IMG/VR virus record: IMGVR_UViG_3300035501_000173 | From: a virus | Lineage: Duplodnaviria; Heunggongvirae; Uroviricota; Caudoviricetes | DNA: 64,000 bases | Reading direction: 5' to 3' (one strand) | The notes under the pieces: generated by a model | Database searches by the model: none | What the model was told of the DNA's origin: nothing | What the model saw: only the letters and a program-made list of their open reading frames with translations | Position numbers and translations under genes: made by a program | Shown here: one piece after another, positions 12,612 through 24,178 of the stretch | How positions within the stretch are numbered: the stretch's first letter is position 1 | Layout of the letters: every line of letters begins with the position of its first letter

Positions 12612-15600
12612 TGGGATTAATTAAATATTTCAACAGTGAAACCCAGAGTTGGGAAATTGTAGCTGCTGCTGATGCTGCTAATATTTCATTACATAATGAG
12701 TATTTGTAGGATGCAGACGAAGCTACAATTTCTACAGCTCGTGCTTTTCAAAAAATAAATAATAGGCTTTCAAAACTAGAACATAACTTAGCTTGGATTT
12801 ATTTAAATGGAGCTAAAGGAGGTTCTGGTGGAAGTGGTGGAAGTAGCAGTACATATACTATAACAATTAAGGATAATAAGTAGACGTTCTATACATCATC
12901 TAATTCTGTAACTATATCAATGATGATTAATAGTGGTTCTACTAAAAAATCTTTTTATGTTAACGCCATTAATATGTCTAATGGTAAATATTTGGTACAA
13001 GCTGAGTAGCATTCTAGTATGACTTACTTTAACTTTACTATTAATAATTTACCATCTTCTACTAATTACATTTACTTACAAGCCTATGATTCTTCAGATA
13101 ATTATACAGAACTTGTAGAAATTACTGTAAATGTTGGAAGTATTGGTTTAGGCTAGGCTACTACACCTAATGCCACTTACGTCATTGGTGCTAATAATAG
13201 TACCGCAGCTAGTTTTTAGGTATCAAATAAAACAGGTGATGTAGCTTACTTATTAACATATCAATCTAGAGAATCCGATCCTTTACAGGATGCTTTGGAT
13301 TTAAATTTAACTTACGCTGATAAATTTGGAGCTACATATATAAGTTCAGTTCCTAGTAGTGGAACAGTTGGTACTTATGCAATTGACTTTGAAGAATTCT
13401 TAGCTTAGACTTCTGTAGGAAAGAGTGTAACATTCAAAACTGTATTATACTAGCCAACTATTGGTTTTACAAGTTCTTACTATACTAATACAATTACTGT
13501 AAGTTCTGGAACTTCGTTAGTTGCAATTCTATACAACTTAGGTGAATCAGAATCTGAGTGTATTTAGTACCCATTTAAGTAGAATAGCTACGTATCATTT
13601 GGGGTATTACTTTATTATGAGCCTACTGATATATCTCAATTCTACTATAAGTATAGTCTATATAATATGACGAACGATGAGGCTTTTTATTCAAGTAATG
13701 GTACTTTAAGTAAAGCTACATCAGGTTATACTTTAATGAATTGCCCAACTAGTAATTTTGCAGTAGGTGATTACATGATAGTATTTGAAGCCAGTGCAGA
13801 TGGTACTTATACAGAAGGGTCTACATATTCTAAAGCTATCGGTTACTTCACAGTAACAGAAAATGATGATATAGAATTTAAAGATTATCCTGGGGCTTTA
13901 TTAGCTAGATTTGGGGCTTTTAACTACCCAGATGCTGCAACTACTACTTGGAATTATCAGGTTCCTACTTCTGGCGATTATGCCTTTACTACATGGCCTG
14001 CTAGTACTTCACAGCCTACTACCACATTAAATATTATTAATAAGACTAATACTACTGGTATTGAATCTAATGGTTACAACCGTTTAAATCTTTCGGGAAC
14101 TACGTATGCTACTATAGATGTTTCTAAGTACTTTGTAAACTCCTCCGATAACTATATATTCGGCCCAGGTTTTAGTATAATGACTACTTATGAATATAAT
14201 AATGTTGATAGTAGAACTCCGTCTAATGAAACTATTCTTAGTTTCGGAACATACGAAGATGGGGAACTTACTGAAGGCTTTGAAATTAATTCTGATTATA
14301 TTACAGTAGCATATCAGTCTTCTAAAATTAAGACTAAGACTCCTATAAAAGCGGAGAACTTATTTGGTTCGGATTCAGATTAGAAGACAACTTCTACTAC
14401 AGTAGCTTTAAATGTTTGGGTAACTAAGGAAGTAACAAGTGTAACTAACGGATAGGAAACTACTATAGCAACTGTATATTTAGCTCTTTATATTAATGGG
14501 TCTATGTATAAGTGTATGCTTGTTTCAAGAGATAACAGTGCTTGGGTATTTGATGATAAAAAAATATATTTAGGTTGCCGAAATGATTTAACTAATTAGG
14601 CGGACTGCTGTATATATGACTTTAAGTTATATTGCCAAAAACAATCTGACTTATCTATTGTACATAATTGGGTTTCTTCTGTAGAATAGGCTAGTAAAAC
14701 CACATCTGGAATTAGTGATACTTTGGACTAGATCCTTAGAAAGCGTAATCTATTCTCTACTAGTGGTGGTTTTGATAACTTATTATTTGATCCATCTACT
14801 GGAGATTACTATGATGATGAAAGTGTGGTACTCTCCAGAATTAAAACTAGTTATAACACTTCCGATTACGAGTTAGACTATCCTATTATAAGTATTACAG
14901 ACGAAACATAGAATAGTGATTTATACCAAGTTATTAACGCTACTTGGAATGCTGGTGATAAGTATAATGGTGAGCTAATAACAGAGAAGTCTTGGAAAGT
15001 AAATGTTAATATCTATACTAAATATGGAGAAACTAATATATTTAGTAATGACGATGAATTAAAACCTACCATATCTATACAAGGTACTTCTACTTTAGCT
15101 AACTTGGGAAAGAACCTCGAATTTAAATCTGGTAAAGTAGATAATGATACTGATAAATTATTACAAATAAATGGCTGGCTTCCCGAAAATGAATTTACTT
15201 GGAAAGCCGATGTAGTTGATTCAGCGCATGCTAATAATGTTGTAATTGGTAACTTCATTAATAACACTTCTTATATGCCTAATTATGAAGGTAATGGTTA
15301 TTCTGCATCTTCTGCTGAACTTGGTAATAAGATTAAAAAGACTTCTGCAGGTTTCCCATGTTTAATATTTATTACATATGTAGATGGTTCTACACACTTC
15401 TTGGGAGTTTACAACTTTAACCTAGGACGCTATGCTTATTTTAATCTAGGTTTAAAGAAACTTGAAAGTTTTGAATATGATTCTGGTGATAATGTATCAG
15501 AAGATGGGCCTCACGTAATATCTAATTATAAGTATTCTGTACCTGATAACGTGTACTCTATGGAAGTAGCTGATAACTTTGGTGATCCCGAATTAATGTT

Positions 15601-18600
15601 TACTTAGGCTGATGAAAAGATTACATCTCATATGTTAGAGTGTCGTTACACATCAGATAATGAAGCTACTGCCATTTCTAAAATTACTAGCAATTTATGT
15701 ACTGTACTTGCTAAAGGTATTAACAACTTATCATATGCTAAGAAAACCTACAACGAGGATTATGATGCAAGTAAAGGAGAGGAACTATTCCCAACTATAA
15801 CGGATGCTAATGGTAATATACAATATTGGCAAGGTGATAGTGTATCAGCATCTGAAGAAACTATTAATGAGGCTTTAGACCTTGAAGTTGCTAGAAAATA
15901 CTTAGTAGTAATTCTAGTGTTTGGCATGGTGGATTCCTCTCTTAAAAATATGGTATTACGTTCTTGGAATGGTAAAAAATGGTATACATGTTTTTATGAT
16001 ATGGATTCTGCATTAAAGAAAGATAATGCAGGCGCTGCTAATGTTCCTTATAATGCACATTACAATTATTACTTTAACCTTCCGGGTAATCAAACTGCTG
16101 GAGATAGTTTTACTACTGGTGTAACATGGTTCCCTAAAAGTGTGGAGAGTGATGATTGGAGTTACGTATATGCAGGAATGAAATCTGCTGATGATACTAC
16201 ACCTAACAGAATCTGGAATATAATACGTTATTGTGATACTTCTATTAATAATGATTCAACTTCTAAATATAGTACTTTGGCTAAATACTATTGGGATTTA
16301 CGTACTAGTTACATTCCAGATCCTGAATAGTTTATCGAGGATAATTTCGTAGCGTATGTAAATAAAACAGGCCCAGCTTTATTTAATTATGACTATCGTA
16401 AAAAGTATGTAAGCTATGGACAAGTCTGGGATGGTTCGAGATTAGTTTCTAATACGTCTAACTCCTAGGCTGAGTACTTAGATGGGCCTCGAATTGCAGA
16501 AGTAAAGGATTGGTTTGTAAAAAGAATTAAATTCCTAGATTCTGTATATTTAAATTGGGCTACAAGTATAACTTCACTTGGTGATAATTGTTATTTTAAT
16601 AAAACTTGGAATGCTCGTCAACAAGCCGCAAGCACTACTAGTATTCAACCATTAACTTCTGATCAGCAAATAAAAATATAGTATCAAGTATCCTCAGATA
16701 ATCCAGTATATTTATGGATAAATGAAACTGAGACTACTTATAGTTTAACTACACAATCTTAGGGTAACTTATGGTACTTAAAAGGAGCTGGTAATATAAC
16801 TAGTTTTGATAACTTTAATACTTTAGGTTGGGTTCATTTAGGAAACTCTGCTTGGAATTTCACTTTACTAGAAAAGCTTAATTTAAGTGGCTTAACTATT
16901 TAGGGATGGAGTGATACGTTAAGTAACATGCCTAACCTAAAGGATTTAAATATGTATAATACTGTACTAAAATCTGATACGTAGTCTTCCTTTATTGTAA
17001 GTTTGTCCGCGGTTAAAACCCTCCAAAAATTAAATCTCGGAGGTACTTGTAATGTAACTAGTTTTACACTACCAACCACGGGATCTTTACAAGAACTTAG
17101 TATGCTTAATAATGCTAACATTATTAGTATACCAACTACTTCTGATGGATCATCTGTCTTGTAGAATCAGTCAGGTTTAGCTGTATTACAATTAAAAGGA
17201 ACTAATATTAAAGATTTATCTGGTAATAGAGCTTTAAGTAATTTACCATCATTAAAGACACTTACTTTACCAGATACTCTTTAGAAATTAGAAATTTCAA
17301 ATTGCGGTATAGAAGACTTAACTATTACTTGGTCAGATACCACTAAATTAAGTAATTTAACTAGTGTAGTAATATATAACTGTTAGAGTTTAAAATCTAT
17401 TAGTTTATCTGGGTAGAATAATTTAACTACTATTAGTATAGCAGAATGTCCTAATATTGAAACTATAAATCTTTATAAGGTTACTGCTAATTCTGTAACT
17501 ATTAAGTTTTCTGAGTTACACAATTTGAAAAGTTTAAATATAGCATAGACTGATATATTTACAGAGTTGGATTTAACTAACTGTCCAGATATATCAGATT
17601 TTAATGCTCAGCAGTGCAGGAGTTTAAAATCTGTAAAATGTACTAATAATAACGAAAATCCAATTGAACTCATACAACAAGCATTTAAAGATTGTACATC
17701 TTTAACTACTTTAACTGGTAATTTCCTTATTTAGGGTGCTTCTGTATTTGAAAATTGTAGTGTTTTACAATTTGATAAATTGTTAAATTCTGGTGACTTG
17801 GTAATAAGCTTTGATCAAACAGTATCGACATTCTCTAAATGTTTTAAAGGGTGTAGTTTACTGGGAACTAATAGTACTTCAACTATTTGGATTCGTGAGT
17901 TCTTAAAAGGTTTAGGTAGTAGTACAACTGACATTTCTTATATGTTTGCTAATACAGGAGCTTAGTTCTCTCTTAGCTCTAGTACGCCTTTATTTACAGT
18001 TTGTGCTAATCTAACTAATATAGAAGGTCTCTTCGAGAACACTAACGTCTGCGGATACATTTCTAAGGACACTTTAGGAAATATTAGTAAAATTATAAAT
18101 GCTAGTTATGCGTTTGCAAATAGTGGTGCTGCTCGTTATATTAGTAATAACATATTTAAAGCTGATTCTGAATCTCCGGAACACAACTGGAATTTCAGAA
18201 TTTTAAATAATGTAGATTATATATTCCAAGATAATACTAATATAAAATCAGTAGTTTCTGAAATAGATTATACAGAAGTGCCTTTACAATCAAAGGATTT
18301 CTTCTACAATCTAAATAACTGTATACATAGTAAAACTAAAACAGATACTTCTGATAATACAAGTATTTCTAATCCAGATTGGCCCTATCCTTGGGGTGTA
18401 TTTAGTGGAACTTCTATTAAAATGGAAGTAAATCTGGATGCTAATAATCACCCTTACTTATTCCATCTGTCAGACTAGTCTTATAAAAAAGAAGTAGTCT
18501 ACTTGGAAGATAAATTATACTCAGGTATTAAATTAATATTAGATGAAAGCTGTGATAGTTCTTACTTATTTGGAGGAACTTCACATGAGGTTGGAACCTC

Positions 18601-20128
18601 AACAGATGATATTATTGGTTATATACCAAAGTTTGCTAGAATCACTTCCCCATTTACGGCAAGTACTGATTTAAAATTAAATCTAGCACAAATAAAAGGA
18701 GAGGAATTTTTTGATGAAAGCACAACTTCATTTATACAACCATTTTCTGGGATGGCATTGACGGATGCCACTACCATTCCTGTAGATTTATTTAAAGGTG
18801 CAAGTAAAGTTGAATCTTTGGAAGGCTTCTTCTAGAATTTAGGCTTGAAAACTCCTAGTGGTGCATCTTACGAAATTTCCACCGATTTATTCGCGGATTG
18901 TACATCACTAAAAAATATATCCTACCTATTTAGTGGTTGTAATGAATTTAAGATAACATTAAATGGCAGAATATTCCAAAACTGCCCTCTTGTTTACGTT
19001 CAAGGTGCTTTTTAGAATTCTGCTATTTTAAATATTCCAGAAGAATTATTTTACAACGCACAAGGGTAGAGAAAGATAACAAATATGTCAAATGTTTTCT
19101 CAGGTTGTTATAATTTAGGTTATGGTGCAGACTATTAGCCTTATTATGTTTCTACTGACAGCTACGGAACTAAATGTAATTGGTCTGATCATGTTACTCT
19201 CTTAATTGAGGATGATGCGGAAACAGAAATAGTACAAAGTTCTTATTCTGTTCCACATGACTTATTCCATTACTGTGCTGCAAATGCAAGTATAAGTAAT
19301 GTTCTTGGCAGTCTATTCTGGAAACAGCGTGTAGCAACATATCAAGGCGACAATGTTTATAAAATAACAGAAGGGGATAAATGGATAGGGCCTAATTGCA
19401 CCATACCTTCTGATATTTTATAGGGAGAACAATTAAAGTTATCTACTACTCTAACATACATATTTGCCAATACACATTTTCAACCTTCTTACACAGAAGT
19501 TCCAACTAAAGCTAATAATTGGATGCGAGGTAATTTATATCCTGATGGACTCTTTAATGGATTTAAGAATTTATCCACTATTACGGGTATGTTTGCAAAT
19601 ACAATTATTGATCCGTACTGTATGATAAATTCTGATTTATTCCAGTATACAGATGGAGATTCTATTGTTTACTTACCATTAACTGATATTAGTTATTGCT
19701 GGTATAAATGCACATTCTAGTATTTAGCAACTGAGGATGGTGAAGAAGTAGGTTCTGGATAGCTCGATCCAGAAATGTTTGATAAGTTTACTCAACTTAC
19801 AAACATGTCTTACTTATTTGGGAATGATTATATTACGGCTAGTCAGTATGGTTTAGTTTACCTTACTTCTAAACTCTTTGAAAACTGGAAGACTGACGGA
19901 GGTACTATTAATATAGGCTATATGTTTGCGTACAATCCATTAAATGCTTATGATGCTGGTGGAGATTCTGTTGAAATTACAGCACCTACATTTAGTTAGG
20001 TTAGTAGTTTTACAAATACTGTTAGAACCTACTTAGCTGGAATTTCAGAAAGTAAGATTGCAAATGCAGATGATATAAAATTGTTATCTCCAGCACGTTA
20101 TCCACAAGCTTGGGATACTACTACTTAA
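12611..20128 (+). CDS. giant tail/surface protein with LamG-like region, CotH-like atypical kinase domain and LRR/BspA-like repeats, 2505 aa
   Basis: TAATG-coupled to the previous gene; all listed fragments 13667-19999 are in one frame. CotH-like motifs IQGTSTL..GKN, WKADVVDSAHANN, GFPCLIF, FLGVYNFNLG, VDSSLKN (15932-15949), FYDMD (15992-16006). LRR-like repeats run from ~16800 to 20000. Confidence 0.8.
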
Positions 20129-20130
20129 TT

Positions 20131-20418
20131 ATGAATTACAATAAAATAGTAGCAGATTTATTAGAAGAATTTGCAAGTAAGCTTCGAGTCGGGACTAGTA
20201 CACTTAGTCCTGACGAAGCTCTTGCTTTAGTTTCTAATATTGCTCATATAAACTTATCTAAGCAAGATGTAGCTGATAGATATGGAGTTTCAACAAAAAC
20301 TATAGAAAGAAAAGAATAGAATAATGAGATCCCTCGTAGTCACCCAGTAAGTACAAGTAAGAAACAATGGTGGCTTGATGAACTAATAGTATTTGAACAT
20401 GAGAATAATATACAGTAA
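20131..20418 (+). CDS. small helix-turn-helix DNA-binding protein (excisionase/MerR-like), 95 aa
   Basis: LSKQDVADRYGVSTKTIERKE(TAG=Q)NNEIP...KKQWWLDEL; TAA 20416-20418. Confidence 0.7.
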
Positions 20419-20770
20419 ATACATACCCTTTAAAGGGTATGTCGCGATGCTATTTTATAACATCATTTTTTGGAGAGAGGATTTGAAAGATTTGCAAAAG
20501 CGCGGAACTTATTTTAGTAAGACCTATAATCATGAGTCTATACATTTCGCGCAAATGCACGATTTCTGTAGATTTACTCCTATTGGAGGTACTATATTCT
20601 ACATTTTGTATTTTATTGAATGGATATTTAAGGTTTTATTTATCCACCCATTTAGTCACAAAGCGTATAAAGCTGTATCCTTTGAGCGTGAAGCTTATGA
20701 AAATGAATACGACTTATTCTACCTCACTAGGAGAGAAAAGTTCGCCTGGTGGAAGCGAATATTAAGATAA
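20399..20770 (+). CDS. zincin-like HExxH metallopeptidase-family protein, 123 aa
   Basis: NHESIH plus downstream SFEREAY, with a hydrophobic segment between them; TAA stop. Confidence 0.7.
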   Translation: MRIIYSKYIPFKGYVAMLFYNIIFWREDLKDLQKRGTYFSKTYNHESIHFAQMHDFCRFTPIGGTIFYILYFIEWIFKVLFIHPFSHKAYKAVSFEREAYENEYDLFYLTRREKFAWWKRILR

Positions 20771-20778
20771 GTCTAATC

Positions 20779-20836
20779 AGTTCCTCATTGTAAAGTATTG
20801 ATTATCAAGTACTTATGATGAGGAACTTTTGTTTTG
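20779..20836 (+). terminator. long-stem intrinsic terminator
   Basis: AGTTCCTCAT...TTGA-TTA-TCAA...ATGAGGAACT imperfect hairpin followed by TTTGTTTT. Confidence 0.75.
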
Positions 20837-20867
20837 TCTATTTAGTGGTTAGTGTCTAAGTAAGAAG

Positions 20868-20875
20868 TATTATTG
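20868..20875 (+). promoter_or_regulatory. possible -7 box (TATTATTG) upstream of the Gln-rich gene; -33 box weak
   Basis: Same octamer as at 28277; lies between a terminator and ATG 20908. Confidence 0.3.
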
Positions 20876-20907
20876 TATAGGTTAACCTAATTAATGTTTA
20901 AAACGAT

Positions 20908-21711
20908 ATGGCAGAAACTATGGATAATACAGGATTACTTGCCGAGCTTATTAATGCTAATGGAAGAGGTCATCATGATGGAGCAAGCAACATGTGGAAT
21001 AACCCATTTATGTACTTGATCTGGTTAGCAATGTTCGGTAATGGCTTCGGATTTGGGAACCGAAATAACCCAGATAATGGTGCGCAGAACACTCAAAATG
21101 CCGAATTTATGTCAAGATTAAACAGTATAGAAAGTTAGATACAAGACAATTAGAATAACAACTTAGCCTATCAAGCAATTACTGGTAATGGGAAGGCTCT
21201 TGAAGAGTTAGCTGGTAATTTGAATGTTGGTGTTGTTTCTTTAGGTCAGACGATTGATAGAATAAATGTAGCTTTAGCCGAAGTTGGTGGTAAGGTAGGA
21301 ATGAGTAGTGAACGAGTAATAAACGCTATCTCACAAGGTAATATGAATATAATTCAAACCTTTAAAGATTGTTGTTGCTCTACACAGAAAGAGATTCTAA
21401 ATATGGGTTATCAGAGCCAACTTGCTAATAAAGATTTACAGAATGCTATGTAGATGGGATTCTCCTCTACAAATGCAGGAATCGAAAGAGGTTTCTCAAA
21501 CTTAGGATTCACAGCCTAGTAGAATAAATGTGAGATTGTAACAGCTATTGGTGCTGCACAGCAACGTACTGCTGATTTATTACAGCAACACTGGCAAATG
21601 GAAACCAGTCAAGCATTACAAGATGCTAAGTTTGAAATTAGTTAGTTGAAATAGACACAATACCTAGCGGAATAGATAAGTAATAAGTCTACTACAACTA
21701 CTACAGCTTAA
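20908..21711 (+). CDS. conserved Gln-rich phage protein of unknown function (NNPFMYLIW...DCCC...ISQLKQTQY), 267 aa
   Basis: Joins ORF pieces 20908 and 21220 through 8 TAG codons (hand count); TAA 21709-21711. Confidence 0.8.
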
Positions 21712-21712
21712 T

Positions 21713-21743
21713 TTTGATTTTAACTTAATAAAGCGTATATTTA
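21713..21743 (+). promoter_or_regulatory. Bacteroidota-type promoter candidate (TTTG-N19-TATATTTA)
   Basis: Exact TTTG, 19-nt spacer, near-consensus -7 box; intergenic. Confidence 0.5.
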
Positions 21744-21745
21744 CG

Positions 21746-21780
21746 GGAGTTATTGGATTCAGTTCCGATAACTCCTTTTT
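21746..21780 (+). terminator. intrinsic terminator
   Basis: GGAGTTATTGGA-TTCAGT-TCCGATAACTCC followed by TTTTT. Confidence 0.88.
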
Positions 21781-21805
21781 GTATTTATTAACGTAAATTA
21801 AAAAC

Positions 21806-24178
21806 ATGGATTTTGTAAAAGAGGATTACCTATTAGGTAACAAAAAAGTTATCGTAGGGGATAACTTACATGATCTTGTGCTAGAGAATTTAGGTAAGAT
21901 TTATATACGATGCGGAAGTTCCTATAAAGAATTCAATAGTATTATAAATTCTATTGAAACAGGTACATCTTCTGAAAATTCCATTATTATTGAAGAAGAT
22001 GGCTTAGGAGATGCTACCAAATATAAGGATGGCTAGTTAATTTGGGATGCAAAAGCAGGTATATTATATCTTTTCTATGATGGAGAGTTTTTACCTTTAG
22101 CAGAAGATACTACTAAGTCTTAGAAATATGTAAGGAAAACAGGAGATACAATGACTGGATAGTTAGAAATTCAAACATCTGGGGCACCTTTAAAAGTAAC
22201 ATCTGCTGACGAGGTAGTTCATTTTAATTCTAACTATTTATAGGGTTATGTAGCTGACGACTTTGCAAGAAAAAGATACGATGAAAGCATTACAGGTAAT
22301 TGGACTTTTGACGGTAAGAATACTTTTAATAATACCAATTCTTTTAATGACAATACTTATTTTTATGATACTGCTATTTTTAGTTAGACTGGAAGTGCTG
22401 CCATAAAAATAGGTACAGGAGATTTAATTACTGACGGTAGTCTAGGATCAAGTTCTTTTAGTTCTGGGTATGCTGGATATGGATGGAGAATGGATGCAAA
22501 TACAAACACCCTCGAATTGGATAATCTAATAGTTAGAGGGATTATGCAAGTCTATGAACTATTAGTAAATAAAATATATGCTACTAATGGTTCATTCTGG
22601 ATTACTGATAGTTTTGAAGTTTCCACTGTAAATGATTTATATTACATTGATTGTGCAGAGCAATTAATATATAAGTCTAGTGATACTAGTAATCCAGTTG
22701 AATTAAAGACATCTAATCTTATTTAGGGTGCTTATTATATTCCATATAATTTTAGTACTAAGGATAATGTATATATTAAAGAATTGGATCTTACTGATGG
22801 TGCATTAGCAGAAAAAACTTCTGTAGTTAAAACTGGGACTAAGAATTACGTTAGGTTTAACTATATGATTTGTGTACTTGCCGCAGATAATCTTTCTAGT
22901 TACCTTACTGATCTTTGTAAAGAGGATACAGTAAATACACTGGCTTCAGACAATGTAATAGACAAAATAAATATAGGATAGAAAGTTACAACTTCAACTT
23001 CTTAGGATGAACAACTTGGTAGTACTACAATTACACCAAGAGATCCTGAGTTTGATGAATAGTACTATACAGTATTAGTAGCTCAAAATGAGGGTGATTA
23101 GTATTTAGTGGATAATGAGTATTTATTTAAGCAGTCTACTAAATGTAAAATGAACTTATACTATAAATACTTTGGTTAGCCTTATAAATCTGACATTCTA
23201 TCTAATAATAATATGTATTTGGTAACTTCTAAAGAAGGGGAGTATCCTGTATTTAGACCTGGAGATATATTACGCTGCTAGCGATTTACAGGAACAGCTG
23301 TAAAACAATATCATGCTGTAGTCCTATCAATAGTCGGATCTTACACATTCCTTATTTAGTTGCAATTAAATACAATACTTAATTAGAAAACAGAATACCA
23401 GTACGATGATAATGGTAATTTAGTTAGTTCCTCTACTACTTATGACTCTGAACTCTATTCTAGATCTGAAACTATTGATGAAGTTACTAATGGTAATGGA
23501 TTAACTACTGACACTGCTAGCGATGTACAAGCATCTACTACTTACACTCCAGCTTAGAAAGATACTATTGTTCGTATAGGTAGTATCTATCAAGGAACTA
23601 GACGTAATGGAATGTATTTAACCTCATCTGAGGATTATAGCCCTTATGAAGATGTACTAGTAGGTATTAACAGACCCGATTATACTGTAACATACTTTAT
23701 ACCTAAATATAAAACAATAACTACTAATGTAAATAATCACGAGACTGATTATTACATACAAAATAAAAACTTCAATACAGTAGCTAAAATTTATTTTCAA
23801 AATAATAAGAGCATTCCTGCGGATATAAATGATTTGATAGTGTTAGAATCACTTGCAGGTAATGCCTCAATTTCAGCAATATATGAAGTTGATAGTATCG
23901 TTAGTGTATTAGAGTCTGCAACGTATAAAACTATGTCTTTACCAATATCGGCTACGGATGATACATCAAGTACTATAGAACCTTAGAATATATTAGATGT
24001 TAATTTAACTTGGGTACCTAAAAATAGTTTGTATAATAACCAACAATTATTTACAATGAACTATAATGGTGATAAGTATTTTGTTACTAAAGATACTGCT
24101 AATGTAGTTGATATATTAAGTTCAACTAAAGAAACTCAAGGAAATCCTAATTTTAATTTAGCACCATGGAGCAAGTAA
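21806..24178 (+). CDS. crAss-type tail protein, N-terminal part, 790 aa
   Basis: MDFVKEDYLLGNKKVIVG...; tail motifs YVRKTGDTMTGQL, GWRMDANTNTLELDNLIVRG, GDILRCQRF, YLTSSEDYSPY; TAA 24176-24178. Confidence 0.78.

Noticed and set aside
24149-24178. Canonical -1 slippery heptamer at the tail-gene split
   Set aside because: The local sequence (TTT AAT TTA GCA) does not fit X XXY YYZ and no stimulatory hairpin is evident, so programmed frameshifting is not claimed.
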